The notes under the pieces were generated by a model, which saw only the letters and a list, made by a program, of their open reading frames with translations, was not told the DNA's origin and ran no database searches. A DNA stretch of 64,000 nucleotides. Origin: Azolla caroliniana (taxonomy: Eukaryota; Plantae; Polypodiophyta). The position numbers were made by a program, and so were the translations under genes. The stretch lies in the NCBI GenBank assembly GCA_043228905.1, contig JBHGNT010000004.1, positions 8,680,001 to 8,744,000 of the forward strand, given 5' to 3'. Positions within the stretch are counted from its first letter, which is position 1. Each line of letters begins with the position of its first letter. Below, in pieces: positions 33,900 to 46,868 of the stretch.

Positions 33900-35508
33900 A
33901 GTGGACCTCCAAGGAGTGTTGGGTCATCGATCCAAGTCGGGATGCTTGGTTGTAATTGAGGCAAGTGCAGAATCACGATGGCACCAGTCGGTCGCCTCAC
34001 TATACGAGATCGGCATAGTGCGACCTTTGCCGGATCCCTTGCTAGGCCTTGCCAGATCTGGATTTTTCTGAATTGGCTCATTTCTTCCCGCATTCTCTCT
34101 CCTTGTGGCCTTCCTTCCCATAATATCAGTATTCCGTGTCAACCTTCGATTACCGGTTTTTAGCGCCAACTTGACCCACCTTGACTCCCCCTGCTCGTGG
34201 AGGGTTGGGAATTATTTTTGGCATGTCGGTTATGCCTCATTGTTTGCTCTTTTCGGTCGTCACCATTGCTGATCCACCTCACCCCCCACGCCCATGGGGC
34301 CAATTCACCCCTGTGTACAGCATTCGGCTGTCGAATTGAGTCGTCCTCGACCCACTCGCATGGTTTTCTTTGACCATTAGCATCAATTGTAAGTAGAAGA
34401 AGGATAGTGGCTTCTCCCGGGAGCATATCGTTGTTCGGATTGGCCCGTACTTTTGCGCTAGACCACAGAGACAAATCTTTACCATTTCATCTTTGTCCAC
34501 CGTCACATTGATGGACCCCAAAGCATCGTAGATCTCCTTTATCTTGGTGGTGTAATCTATAACCAACATGTCCCTTTGCTGGATGTTGTTGAGCTCAACT
34601 TCTAGGCCGTGGTACTGGCGGCGAAAATCTTTTTAAGATTTTCCCAAGCTTCCTTCTTCGTTTTCGCATCTCTGATATAGCCGATCATTTGATCGTACAC
34701 ACAAGACATGAGGCAGTACAACACTTTGCTCACTACTTGTTCCCATACCGGGAAGTCCTTGTGTGCCGGCTCCAGTGCTGCTTCATTTGCTAGTACCCGT
34801 GTCCCAACAAGTACTGGTGCATCTTGTGTGACCAAGATGCATAGTTGCTCCGGTCAAGCTTTTCTGTAGGAAGCAAGCTTGCCATGCTTCTATCCATTCT
34901 TTGCTTCTTTCTTTCAGTTCTTTAGTAGAATCTTTACCGGAAGCTAGGTATTGGTTTGCCCTAAGCTCTTTCGGTCAGCAGCAGGGGATTCTCAACCCTT
35001 GCGCTCAGTTACCATATAGACACAACCAACCTCGTCGGATAGCAACAGAAATATATATTATGCAAGTTTAATAGAAAGCTTGAAACACACAGAGAGTATG
35101 CGAGGGAGATAGAGAGACTAGAACACACAAAAACTACATATTCAATAAATACTTTGTACATACAATGTCCTCTGTGAGCACTTTTATGCAAGTCCTTAAA
35201 AGAATTGACAGAAGTACTGACATGTACTTCAATTCTCATAAATGAGTGATGACACAAACTCCCAAAAAATATGCCTATCTAATATGTTAGGACCATAGGC
35301 CTCTAACGGCCTACCGATTACACATTGATCAGGATACTGATCTGGTTCCCTACTCTGGACACCGATGCGGCTCTTGGTTCCGGATGCCACTCCGGCTCTT
35401 TGTTCCAGATACCTATCCGGACACTGATCCGGTTCTTCGTTCCAGTTTACAATCCGGCTCTTGCTTATTCAGTTGATTCAGATCATGTTCAGCTTGTCCC
35501 GCTCAACA
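33900..35508 (-). mobile_element. Truncated copia relic: LTR (~35050-35508) and gag fragments
   Basis: KEAWENLKKIFAAST and DEMVKICLCGL match the gag at 42281. LTR start TGTTGAG at 35508 (minus). Confidence 0.7.
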
Positions 35509-35509
35509 A

Positions 35510-38500
35510 TGTGGTGCGTGCAAACAATGCCTCTTATCATGTCATTCGAGTAGGAGAAATTGAGCGTACGATTGCAAATGGAGGTGTTGTCATCTTGAAG
35601 AATGTATTGTATGTGGCCGGTATCAAGAAGAACTTAATTTTGGTTCCTTTGATTGCAAAAGTTGGACTTCATGTACATTTTGTTGATGATAAGTGTATGG
35701 TTCATGGTTTCAGCGATGGTGATGTTATCATGATGTCTAGTACATTATGCAATTTCTTATATCTCTTGGATACATACAAGAGGGCGGCCCTAAATGCCTT
35801 GGCTGTCCATACTTCTTCCATGGCTGAAATGGAGCTTTCGGCATGCTCGTTTTGGTCACTTGAACTTCAATAGTTTGCTCCACTTGTAAACTAAGGATAT
35901 GGTTTTTGGGTTGCCTACACTTGAGTCCATTGAAAAGCATGCATGTGAAGGTTGCATTCTTGGAAAAATGCATCGTGCTTCTTTTCCAAAAGATGACTAC
36001 ACACACTACAAGAAAATTACTGGTTGTTCATAGTGATGTGTGTGGTCCCGTGAAGACTCCATCTTTTGGAAAGCATGTATATTTTGTTACCTTCATTGAT
36101 GATGCTACTCGGCATACATGGATGCATCCTATGAAAGCAAAGAGTGAGGTATTTTGTTGCTTCAAATCATTTTTAGCTATGGCTGAAAATGTTTCTGGAA
36201 ATAAGTTCTTGACTCTACGCACGAATCATGGCGGTGAATACATGTCACAAGAGTTTAATGCTTTTCTTTGTGAAAGAGTTATTTCACATCAATGTACTAT
36301 GTCATATACACCTCAGCAAAATGGTGTTGCAGAGCACAAAAATAGAACACTCTTGGAGATGGCATGATGGATGGTTAAAGGAAAGCATCTTCCTAACAAG
36401 TTTTGGATGGAAGCAATTATGTGTGCAAATTATGTGTTGAATCGTTGCCCTACAAAAGCATTGAGAGTCATTACTCCTTATGAGGCTTGGAATGGACATA
36501 AACCTATTGTCAGTCATATGTGTGTGTCTAGTTGTTTGGCATAAGCTCTTGTGCCATCACAACAACGTCACAAACTTGATGACAAGGCAAAGAAATGCAT
36601 ATTTGTTTGTTATAGTGCTGAAAGTAAGGGATATGGTTTGTACCATCCATTGACAGACACAATTATTGTGAGTCGAGATGTGGTATTTGCTGAAAATTGA
36701 GCTTTCCCTTTTCTTGAATGCAAAAACCAGCCAACAATTAGCTCACAAGATGTGTTTGATACGTCATGCCTTTGTTCCAAAGTGGTGAGGTTGACTATGG
36801 ACATGTAGAACAGCTAAGTGAGCTTCAAAGGGCTGAAAATTTCCAGTAAATAAGTGCTGAAAATGCACGAAATTTCCAACCAAACATGGCTGAAAATGGG
36901 CATGAAATTCAGCCCATGCATGATGTACATATTGAAGATGTATTACATAATGAGCGCATGTCTATCAAGAGTGAACAAGCAATGCCAAAGTTGTGGAAAC
37001 AAACTTTGCAAGGCAACAAATTGAGTGCACCTTTACATGGTAGTACTTGGTAGAACAAGATCAAGCTCCCGCCATGCATCCAGTAATTTTGTGGATTATT
37101 CTCTTGTTGCAACAGCATGTAACGAGGAGCCACTTACTTTTGAAGATGCATGTGATGATCCACATTGGATGAGTGCTATGCAATCAGAAATGGATTCCAT
37201 ACATAAGAATGCTACTTGGGAGTTGTGTGAATTGCCAAAAGGAAAGAATGTCATTGGTACTAAGTGGGTTTTCAAGATTAAACGAAAGTTTGATGGTAGC
37301 ATTGATCGCTACAAAGCTACATTTGTTGCCAAAGGATATGCACAACAATATGGCATTGATTATGAGAAATTTTTGCACCTACTTCACACATGACTACCAT
37401 TCGTACCGTGGTTGCATTGGCTACCCAAAGAGGTTGGAAGTGCACCAGTTCGACATAAAAGCAACTTTCTTGAATGGTGATTTGCAAGAAGAGGTTTATG
37501 TGAATCAACCTCCTGGATTTTCTATGAAAGGGAAAGAGCATATGGTTTGTCGCGTGCATAAAGCCTTGTATGGTCTCAAGCAAGCTCCACGTGCATGGTA
37601 TGAAAAAATCCATAAGCACTTGATTGCTCTTGGCTTCACATGTAGTCCAATTGAAAGCACACTTTATCTACGCAAAGATGGGGCTGATCTTACAGTGCTT
37701 GTTCTTTATGTTGATGGCATACTCTTGGATGGGTCATGTCATGCAAAACTTGACATTCTTATGGCTGATGTGCAACGTACTTTTGATGACACACTTATCT
37801 TGATCTTCTGAGCTACTATCTTGGCATCTAGTTTGTATCTATTGAGGGGGACTGATTATGCATCAAGGAAAGTATGTTTAAAAACTACTTCAACGTTTTG
37901 ACAAGCCGGTCTCTACACTTGTGGAGACAGTATTTAGGTTCTCAGTTGAGGATTCCAATTATGCATTTGATACTTCTCTTTATAGCAAGTTGTGGGATGT
38001 CTTATATATGCAAGCAATACAAGGTTGGATATACAGTATGCAGTTTCCCAATTGAGTCGATTCATGCACTGACCAAACATATTGAGGTGCATTATCACTA
38101 TGTGAGAGAGCGCCTTCATGCTGGAGATATTGATTTGGTATATGTGCCGACACAAAATAATGTGGTAGACATATTCACCAAAGTTCTTCCACGAAAAAAA
38201 GTTTGAAGCTTTTCGTAAAGCTTTAGGCTTATTGCCTTGTTGCCTTGTTGGGGTTGGTTTGTTACTCCCTGTATGTGTTCACATCATTCGCTCCAGGGGG
38301 GTTTGTTACACTTATGTGTTCCTCGAGTAGCTTTGATGTGAACCTTTTGCCTATACATGGGCACTTTTTACTCTAGTGTTGGCTAGAGGTTTTTTCCCCA
38401 CGTTACCACATACATCATTCACTCATATCTGGTGGTACTTAATACTTAGGGATATATTTCAGCTCTTACTTAAGTTTTAGCATTATTCATCAATAGAGAG

Positions 38501-38620
38501 AGCCATTCCAGCCATTGTCTTCTCTATACGAGTGTTGTGTTTGTACTTCTTGTGTCTGCTTCTTCTGTGTCTCTTACACTCCTACACACACCCAAGAGTT
38601 TGTAGAAGAATTCCAATACC
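35510..38620 (+). mobile_element. Old degenerate copia pol (IN, RT, RNase H) with probable 3' LTR from ~38304
   Basis: VHSDVCGP, PQQNGVAE, LYGLKQAPRAWY, TKHIEVHYHYVRE. G-run at ~38296-38301. Confidence 0.8.
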
Positions 38621-38914
38621 AACGCAATAAAAGATAGAATTCCTGCAATAAAAAGATGATAACACCCAGGGATAGCAAAGGAAACATGACATTTCTTGAT
38701 ACAAAAGCAGTGTGGGATGGGATGCGGAGACTAATAGTAGGTAATATGTCTGTAGTGGTTTATGAAGCTATTGAGGTTATGAGTTAGGAATCGCATTGAG
38801 CTTATACAAGTGTTCAAAAAGGAACAAAGGAGCCGGTCACCATCATCATTATTATTATTATTATTGAAAGCCATGAGGAGAAGGAGAACTTCATTCCTTC
38901 TTCTTCCTTCTACA

Positions 38915-40114
38915 TTACATGGAATGGGGAGGAAGGCCGCATGAGCCACCGCGCTGGACGGTCATGGAGAATGAATCCTCGCAGTCTGAAGAGATGCCAT
39001 ATGACTGGGCCAGTGACAGGAAACCCTCCACTACCGAAGGGTCGGGTTTCCACGACCGGGCGATGATGAAGATGGATTTCTCTGCTATGTTGCCATCGCT
39101 GTCATTCACGCACGAATACACGAGCGCGGCTTCGTTGTGGCTGTCCACTGCCAGCACCCAATATGGCTTCATAATCACTTCCCCCTTCACTTTCACCTGT
39201 AGCTTGCCTCCCTTAATTTGCACTCCCTCGCCTTCCACCTTGTACGCTTTGGCGCCTTGTGCTACCGTGATCGATCTACCGTTGCCTTTGGCCAGCGACC
39301 GTGCCGTCTTCCGCAGCTGTATCGCACCCTTCTCGATATTCTTCGCGCTCTTCACCAGCTCTTTCCCTGCTAGCCTTATCTTCTTCCCCACCGCCTTCAT
39401 TGATGGCATTGCCTCGACCTTCCTCCCCGCATCCTCCAGAAGCTTCCCTGCAAGCCGCAAAGCTCCAGCATCCTCCGCCTTAAGCTTCTCTGCATTTACC
39501 TCCATCTTCTCTGTGGTGTTTGCTAGACTTACCGTGTAATTGGCTTGACTCAACTGGTTGAGATAGCCTTGAATGTGGCCGATCCTCCCGGCCGCAGAAT
39601 CTAGTGCTGCCTCTCCAATTTTAGCGGCGTCCGTCACGTTCTTCAACAATGCGGGGTGATCCTTGAGCAATTCAAGAGCATGGTCATTGATGTGGCCGAT
39701 GACGTGGCACGAGCTTCGGGCAGAGTTACAGACGCCGAAGGAGGTGGTGCCGGCATAATAGATGTCAGCCACACCAGCGGGGCGGAGGATGGAGAGGGCA
39801 CTGTTGAGGACGGAGAAGAGGGTTTGGTGTGAAGGGGAGTGGCCCCTTAGCTCGTACTTGGCGCGGGCGCAAACGGAGCCGGGTTGGTCCCTGAACTGGG
39901 ACCTGGCGCTGATACCGATCTGGAACCAACTGCCCGCGAAGGCCGTGAGGTTGATGGCGTCGAAGGTTGGGGGTGTGGGGCAGCCCTTGGCGGTGCCATG
40001 CGTCCTGGTGCAGAAGCCATGCTGAGGATGGGCTTGCACACAGACGACGAAGAAGAAGCAAGCCACCATCACCATTCTGATGAGAGACATGAGTGCATGA
40101 GCAGCAGAAGCCAT
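38915..40114 (-). CDS. Secreted ApoD-like lipocalin with a large internal helical insertion (host gene, intronless)
   Basis: Signal peptide (VQA-HP). SCR1 CPTPPTFDAINLTAFAGSWFQI, VCARAKY, SCR2 PYWVLAVD..AALVYSC, SCR3 IFIIARS, C-terminal Cys. Clean 399-aa GC-rich ORF. TATAAAT ~75 nt upstream. Confidence 0.78.
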   Translation of the reverse strand: MASAAHALMSLIRMVMVACFFFVVCVQAHPQHGFCTRTHGTAKGCPTPPTFDAINLTAFAGSWFQIGISARSQFRDQPGSVCARAKYELRGHSPSHQTLFSVLNSALSILRPAGVADIYYAGTTSFGVCNSARSSCHVIGHINDHALELLKDHPALLKNVTDAAKIGEAALDSAAGRIGHIQGYLNQLSQANYTVSLANTTEKMEVNAEKLKAEDAGALRLAGKLLEDAGRKVEAMPSMKAVGKKIRLAGKELVKSAKNIEKGAIQLRKTARSLAKGNGRSITVAQGAKAYKVEGEGVQIKGGKLQVKVKGEVIMKPYWVLAVDSHNEAALVYSCVNDSDGNIAEKSIFIIARSWKPDPSVVEGFLSLAQSYGISSDCEDSFSMTVQRGGSCGLPPHSM

Positions 40115-41693
40115 TGTTGTGTGTGTGTGTGTGTGTATGTCTGGAGGTATTTGGGTGTTTGTTGCAAAGGAGCCGCAACATGTATATGTATTTATATGTG
40201 TGTGTTTGTGTGTAAAATAATAGTAGCACTTTGACCTCCAATCAATAAATAATATCCTTCCTCCTCATCATCGTGTTGTTGAGTGGTTGCTATGTATCAA
40301 TGTATGTACTTCAAACCATAACCATATTGTTATGTACTACATTTCTACATCATTTCAGCACATTACTTCACGCTGTACATACATATGCATTTCTGTACGA
40401 TCCATAGGATAATAAATAATTAGGCTGACTGACCTTCACGATCCCAAACCCCAAAACAACGTACCATCTCTATTGTGTCCGTGGTCTCCACGATCAGGAT
40501 TCTGATTATGATATTTCGAGTCATGGACGAATGAATGTCCCATTTGTGTGGCTCATTGCAAAAGTCATTGCAAATAGATACAATGTTAATGCGATTGTTG
40601 GAGATTATAACAGAAAACCTTGGGATATCTTCTTGAAACTATGCATAGTTTCTCATGAATTTACTCCTACATCTATTTCTCGCAAACCATTGTCATCTAA
40701 ACTCTTAAGTCATAAGGCATGACATCATCATTTTGGCTTCTAACTTGAAATGTAGAGTCAACATTCTGATAAACTCTTGTAGCTTAAATGCAAATGACAT
40801 TGTGTACCAATTGGTAAATCATAGTTTGGTTCAATAAAATATGTCAACCTAGTTTCTTAGTAAAAAGTATTATGTAATAAGACACAAAATGGTTTTATTT
40901 TCTCTATTCTTTAGGATAAGCTTCTCGTACTATAAAAATAGTGAAGCGTTGCCCTTTAAAATCATATAAGTAAAAATAGTAAGCGTTGCCCTTTAAAATC
41001 ATATAAGCATGTGTACATGCACAAGGTTACTCTAATGTATTAAATGAATAGGGATAGAATATCATATTGACCCACCACAATAGGCATAGAGTGCCCCTTA
41101 TAGATTCCACATGTATTGCAATGCATTGCAAATCTGTACAACCCAAACTCCTCACGTCAACCTCCTAAAATTCTCCCCAAGGAGAATTACCTAGAGATTG
41201 TGCCTTTTAAATGTCAAACGTATTTCTGAACCCCACCTTGAGTATAAAAAAATGAAGGCATTCAACACATGCCGATTATGTCACTATTTGCACTACCCAA
41301 GGAACTCCAATACCATCTTATCATACAAGATGGGAATTCCTACTGCGCATTGAGCGAATACAAATTGGAAAGGGGATTTTGACACTTCCATTAAATCTCT
41401 GACATCACAAGAATTCACCGTACTTCTCAACCACTTGAACATTGAGTCGGGACCATACTCCTCGGTTCGCTTTTTTAGTTGATTATGACTTCAAAATATT
41501 ATTTTGTCCTAGAAAACAACACATGGAGGGTGATGAAACTTTCTCGACAGTTGGAATTTGAGCTCTAGCTAAGGGATGATGACTATGCTCAACAACCCCA
41601 ATGTTTCTTAAAGGCAGATCAATTCCATATCTTTGCAACATGCATGCTACATGGGGACTCTCTACTCAAGGAGATCATTGAAGCATTGGCAAC

Positions 41694-42061
41694 TGTTGAG
41701 AATAAAGCTCAACCTAGCCTTGTGTGTGAACACACCCTTTGAGAATCTATGAGCCCTCAAAGGTCAAAAGTCACACCACTACTCTCTACACATTACGTAT
41801 GTGTCATAGAATCATATTCTATGACACATAACTAAGGAGTCTTCACATTCCCCAAGAGAGAGTGGTTGTTGTAGTGGATTTAATGAAGAGAGAGGGTGAC
41901 CTTATATAAAGCACCCTCCTCCTTCTTCATAAGGTGTCGATTGTCCTCCCTTGTAATGCTACATTTTTTAATTCATATTCTCCTTGTTAATATACAATCT
42001 TGAGTACTTCATTTTTTCTTTTGTCTTGTCTATCTTGTGTTTCTCTCCTCTTCTCCTCTTT

Positions 42062-42108
<47 letters not shown>

Positions 42109-45100
42109 ACACACATCTCTTCCACTGCACAGAATCATGCCCGATTCTTTACATGGTATTAGAGTGGTTTGATAGCTCGATCTAGTCCATCCGTTTGTGT
42201 TGTCTCGGCCAAGCCTATTGGAGCTACATCAAAGGAGCACAAGAAAATCAACCCGACCCAAAGGACACTGACTACTCAACATGGGAGCAATGGCGAGTCG
42301 AGTAATGTATTTCTTGGCGACAAGTGTTCATGACCACATGCTTGGCTACATTCGAGAAGCCAAGACGCTGAAGGAAGCATGGGAGAATCTTAGGAAGATT
42401 TTTGCGGCCAACACAACTGCACGAAAAGCGTCAACTTCTCCAAGAGTTGAACAACATTCAATAAAGAGACAGGTCCATCACAAGCTACACCTTGAAGATC
42501 AAGGAGCTTTGTGATTCATTGGCTCAATAAGCGTGAATGTGGAGGATGATGAGATGGTGCAAATATGCCTCGGGGGCCTTGCACCACGGTTTGGCACGAT
42601 GAGGACCGCCATACTAGCACAAGCGAATTCTCCCTCTTTCTTCGATATTCAATCCATGTTGTTGGTTGAAGAAAACCATGTTTGAACAAGGAGCAATGCC
42701 TCGGAAGGCCACATGCTCTACACACATTCGAATGGAGGAAGAGGATGTGGCCGAGCAAGAGGCCGATTCAACCAAGGACGAGGTGGATGAGGTTCGACAT
42801 ATGAAAACAACTCCTAAATTTGGCAACAAGACGGAAACCAACGAGGAACCTTCGGAAGAAGGGGGAACTTCCATTCCTGCCCGAGCCGACAAACCTCTAT
42901 CGAATGCGTATATTGCGGCAAAATCGGCCACCATGAAGAAGAGTGCCGAAAGAAGAAGCGTGAGTCAGCTTCCACATGCCAACAACTAACCAAGTGCGCC
43001 ACAAATTCTGACTATGACGACCATGGTGGAATGTTCGTGATGAGACATAGAGCATATTCTATGCCAGCCTCTACTTCGACAAGTTCCTCTGTTCCGGAAG
43101 ATGTATGGTTTGTTGACTCCAATTCTTTGAACCATATGATGTCTCATCAAGAATGGTTCTGAGACCTTCGAGAGCTGAATGGACCCGGCTATGTGGAAAC
43201 CGGAGATGACACTACTCATCCGATTCGGCACATCGGCAATGTTCCAATTGCCAAAGAAGGTAACCAAACTTACATTAAGAATGTCTTGCATGTACCAACC
43301 ATCACGAAGAATTTGATCTTCAGTTGGCCAAATGGTGGAGCAAGGCATGGAAGTTCGATTTAACCAAGGCAATTTCTTCATCGAAAAAGAGGGTCGACTC
43401 ATCGCTCACAGTCGAAGGGAAGGTCGAATGTTCATTCTCGATTCGCAGGAGATGAAATCGGCCATGTTGGCAAAAGGCACCAAAGTCAACACATACATAG
43501 AGTTGTGCCACAAGAGGATTGACCACATCAATCTCAATCAACTCAAGGCAATGCAATCGAAAGGAGTCGTCATCGAGCTCCCTAGCTTCAAAGAGAAGGA
43601 GATTGAAGGCGTATGTGTAGCCTGCCAATTTGGGAGGCAACACCGACACCCGTTCCCAAAAGAGAGGAACTTGAGAAAAGGCGTACTCGACGTAATTTAT
43701 TCTGATGTATGGGAACCAACTCAAACGGCTACATTCGGCGGACAACGTGGCCTTTATCAACGACTTCTCCAGGCACACATGGATCTACCCCATGCGGCAA
43801 AAGAGAGAAGTGTTCTGACACTTCCAGAAATTCAAAAGCGAAGTCGAAAAGACAACTGGCCATCATGTACGATGTCTTCGGTCGGATGGCGGAAAAGAGT
43901 ACTTCTTTGACGAATTTTCGGCTTTTCTCTGGAAAGCAGGAATTCGGTGAGAGTTTTTGTGTCGACATAAACTCGAACAAAACGGAGTGCCCGAACACAA
44001 AAATCGAAACATCCTCGAAGTAGCATGGGTCATGATGAACGAAAAGAATATGCCAAAGTCATATTGGGCTTGGGCCGAAGCAACAAATACTGTCGTCTAC
44101 CTCATGAACCGGTGCACAACATACGGTGTGCATGAGGTTACCCCACATGAAAAGTACTATGGGAAGTAGCCGGATCTATCCCATGTAAGAATATTCAGTT
44201 CACTTGCATATGTGTACATTCCCAATGAAAAGCGACAGAAGCTCGATCATAAGCGGAGAAGTGTATCCTCGTAGGATACTCATTGGAGCAAAAGGGGTAC
44301 AAGTGTTATAACCCCTCTACTTGGAAGGTTCGTGTAAGTAGAGATGTCATCTTTGAAGGATCAACATCATGGTACGAACCCGAGCTGAATCCTTCCGAAC
44401 CATTTACGAATGACCTTGACAACACATAAGACGATGATCAACTGAGGCATATGTTCGAAGAAAGTCCAATTACGACAAGGATCAGTGGGCCACAAGAGAC
44501 CCCAAGTGACCAAAGCACATCTCGGCCAAGAATGAAGATGGACAAAGGCAAGGCCAAAATGCGGGAATATGAAGACGATCAATTTGGCGACAACGAATCA
44601 ACTCACTCTCACTAGATAGTGAGTTCGATGGCTTTGATGTGCCTCTTCTGAGGTCACCCGGAGTTAAGAAAGCACTCACATCGGCAAATCAGAAACTCCG
44701 TCACTCGAGCCGTGAGAAGAATCCAGTTAGCCAATTCGGCTACAACAACTATATGGCATACCACTATGCCTTTATGATGAAGGTGGTAGTAGTTCGAGAA
44801 CCGGAAATTTTCTCCGAAGCAGCCTAGGATCCACCATGGGTCGAAGCAATGAACGAGGAGATGCAGGCACTATGCAAAAATGAAACATGGGATCTCATCC
44901 CCCACTCACCGCACAAGAAGGCAATCGGCTGAAGATGGATATAGAAATTGAAGTATCATGTCGATGGTTCCGTCAACCGCTACAAAGCTCGACTTGTAGC
45001 AAAAGGATACGCACAAACACATGGAGTCAACTATGAAGAGACCTTTGCCCCGGTGGCAAAGAAGACAATTGTGCGGACCGTGATAGCACTTGCTGTAGCG

Positions 45101-46730
45101 AAAGGGTGGCACCTCCATCAAATGGATGTCAAGAATGCCTTTCTTCAAGCTGAATTAGAAGAGGAGGTGTACATGGTACAACCACCTGGCTTCACATCGA
45201 GCACCCATCCAAAAGTAGTGTGTCGATTAAAGAAGCCACTCTACGGCCTTAAGCAAGCACCACATGCTTGGCATTCGAAGATAACACAATATCTTCATCG
45301 AATTAGCTTCTCAATGTCAAAATCCGACAACTCCATATACACAAGAAGCGATTCGGGAAGTCTGATTGTCATCATTCTATATGTGGATGATTTGGTCATT
45401 GGAGGTGAAAGTCTAGTCGAAATCAACAAGGTCAAGTTCCTCCTCTCCAGCAAATTCGAGATGACGAACATGAAGGAGCTCCATTACTTCCTTGGGATCG
45501 AGGTAATTCAAACTCCAACTGACATTATGATCTCTCAACGACACTACATCCTTAACTTGTTATACAAGTTCGGGATGACTGAGTGTAAACCTATGGCAAC
45601 CCCTCTCGATTGATATCTCAAACTTGATGCCGACTCCGGCACCGAAGAATGCGGGCCTAATTAGTATCGACAACTGATTGGGAGCCTCATCTATCTCACA
45701 ATCACTCGACCTCAGGCAATTCATGCAAAAACCACGAGACAGTCACTTGGATTATGCTAAGCTAGTATTACGATACGTGAGTGGCACAATGTATTGTGGT
45801 ATTCTCTATGAATCCGCCAACCAATTCAACTTGAAGGGTACACTGATGCCGACTGGGCCGGCTAAAGAGTCGATCGACGATCGAAGATCGACCTCCGTAT
45901 TTGTTTTCTCCGGATTTCATGGAGTAACAAGAAGGAGCCGACTATTGCACTTTCAAGAACAGAGGCTGAATATAGGGGTGCAACTGTGGCTGCATGTGAA
46001 GCCGTATGGCTCAAGAGGATGTTGAAGGATCTGAGCGTTCCCATCCACGATCTGACTCCCCTCTACTGCGACAACATGGGCATTATTTATCTGGCTCGGA
46101 ACTCGATGTTCCATGCACGCACGAAGCATATCAAAGTGCCCTATCACTTCATTTGAGAGTGCGTTTAGGCATGCGATGTAGACCTTCACCACATCAGCAT
46201 GCATCTTCAAACAACCGACATCTTCACCAAAGCCTTAGGAGACGACAAACTTTGGCAATTCATGTCAAACCTTGGATTGACGATCCCCGACTTGCCAAGC
46301 TAGAGGAGTACAAGAGACAATTGGATACCATCCGTACTGGGTACCAACCGAAGCGGACACTGGATATCGTCCGAACAGAATACTAACCGAAGCGAACATA
46401 CCACAAAAGGAACCGACTCGAGTTGAGCTTGAGGGGGCGTGTTAAGAATCTAGCTCAACCTAGCCTTGTGTGTGAACACACCCTTTGAGAATCTATGAAC
46501 ACTCAAAGGTCAAAAGTCACACCACTACTCTCTACACATTGACTATGTCTCATAGAATCATATTCTATGACACATAACTAATGAGTTCCATATTCCCCAT
46601 GACTAATGATTCTTCACATTCCCCAAGAGAGAGTGGGTGTTGTAGTGGAGTTAATGAAGAGAGAGGGTGACCTTATATAAAGCACCCTCCTCCTTCATAA
46701 GGTGTCAGTTGTCCTCCCTTGTAATGCTAC
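41694..46730 (+). mobile_element. Degenerate Ty1/copia copy E
   Basis: 5' LTR 41694-42153. PBS TGGTATTAGAG at 42154. Fragmented gag-pol (CVYCGKIGHHEEEC, YKARLVAKGY, YVDDL). PPT GAGGGGG. 3' LTR from 46440, interrupted at 46731. Confidence 0.9.
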
Positions 46731-46830
46731 TGTCAGGAGCAGTACTAAGACAGAGAAGTACTATCAATAGCAATACTAAGACACATAAGGAATTAGTACT
46801 AAAAGATGAGGATTAGTACCAAGGGAGGTG

Positions 46831-46868
<38 letters not shown>

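Noticed and set aside
38919-39539. 206-aa plus-strand ORF and other overlapping short ORFs
   Set aside because: They are antisense shadows of the lipocalin-like gene or of pol genes, with no independent motifs.
40700-41690. Possible ancient gypsy RNase H remnant upstream of the host gene
   Set aside because: Too degenerate to support without an alignment.
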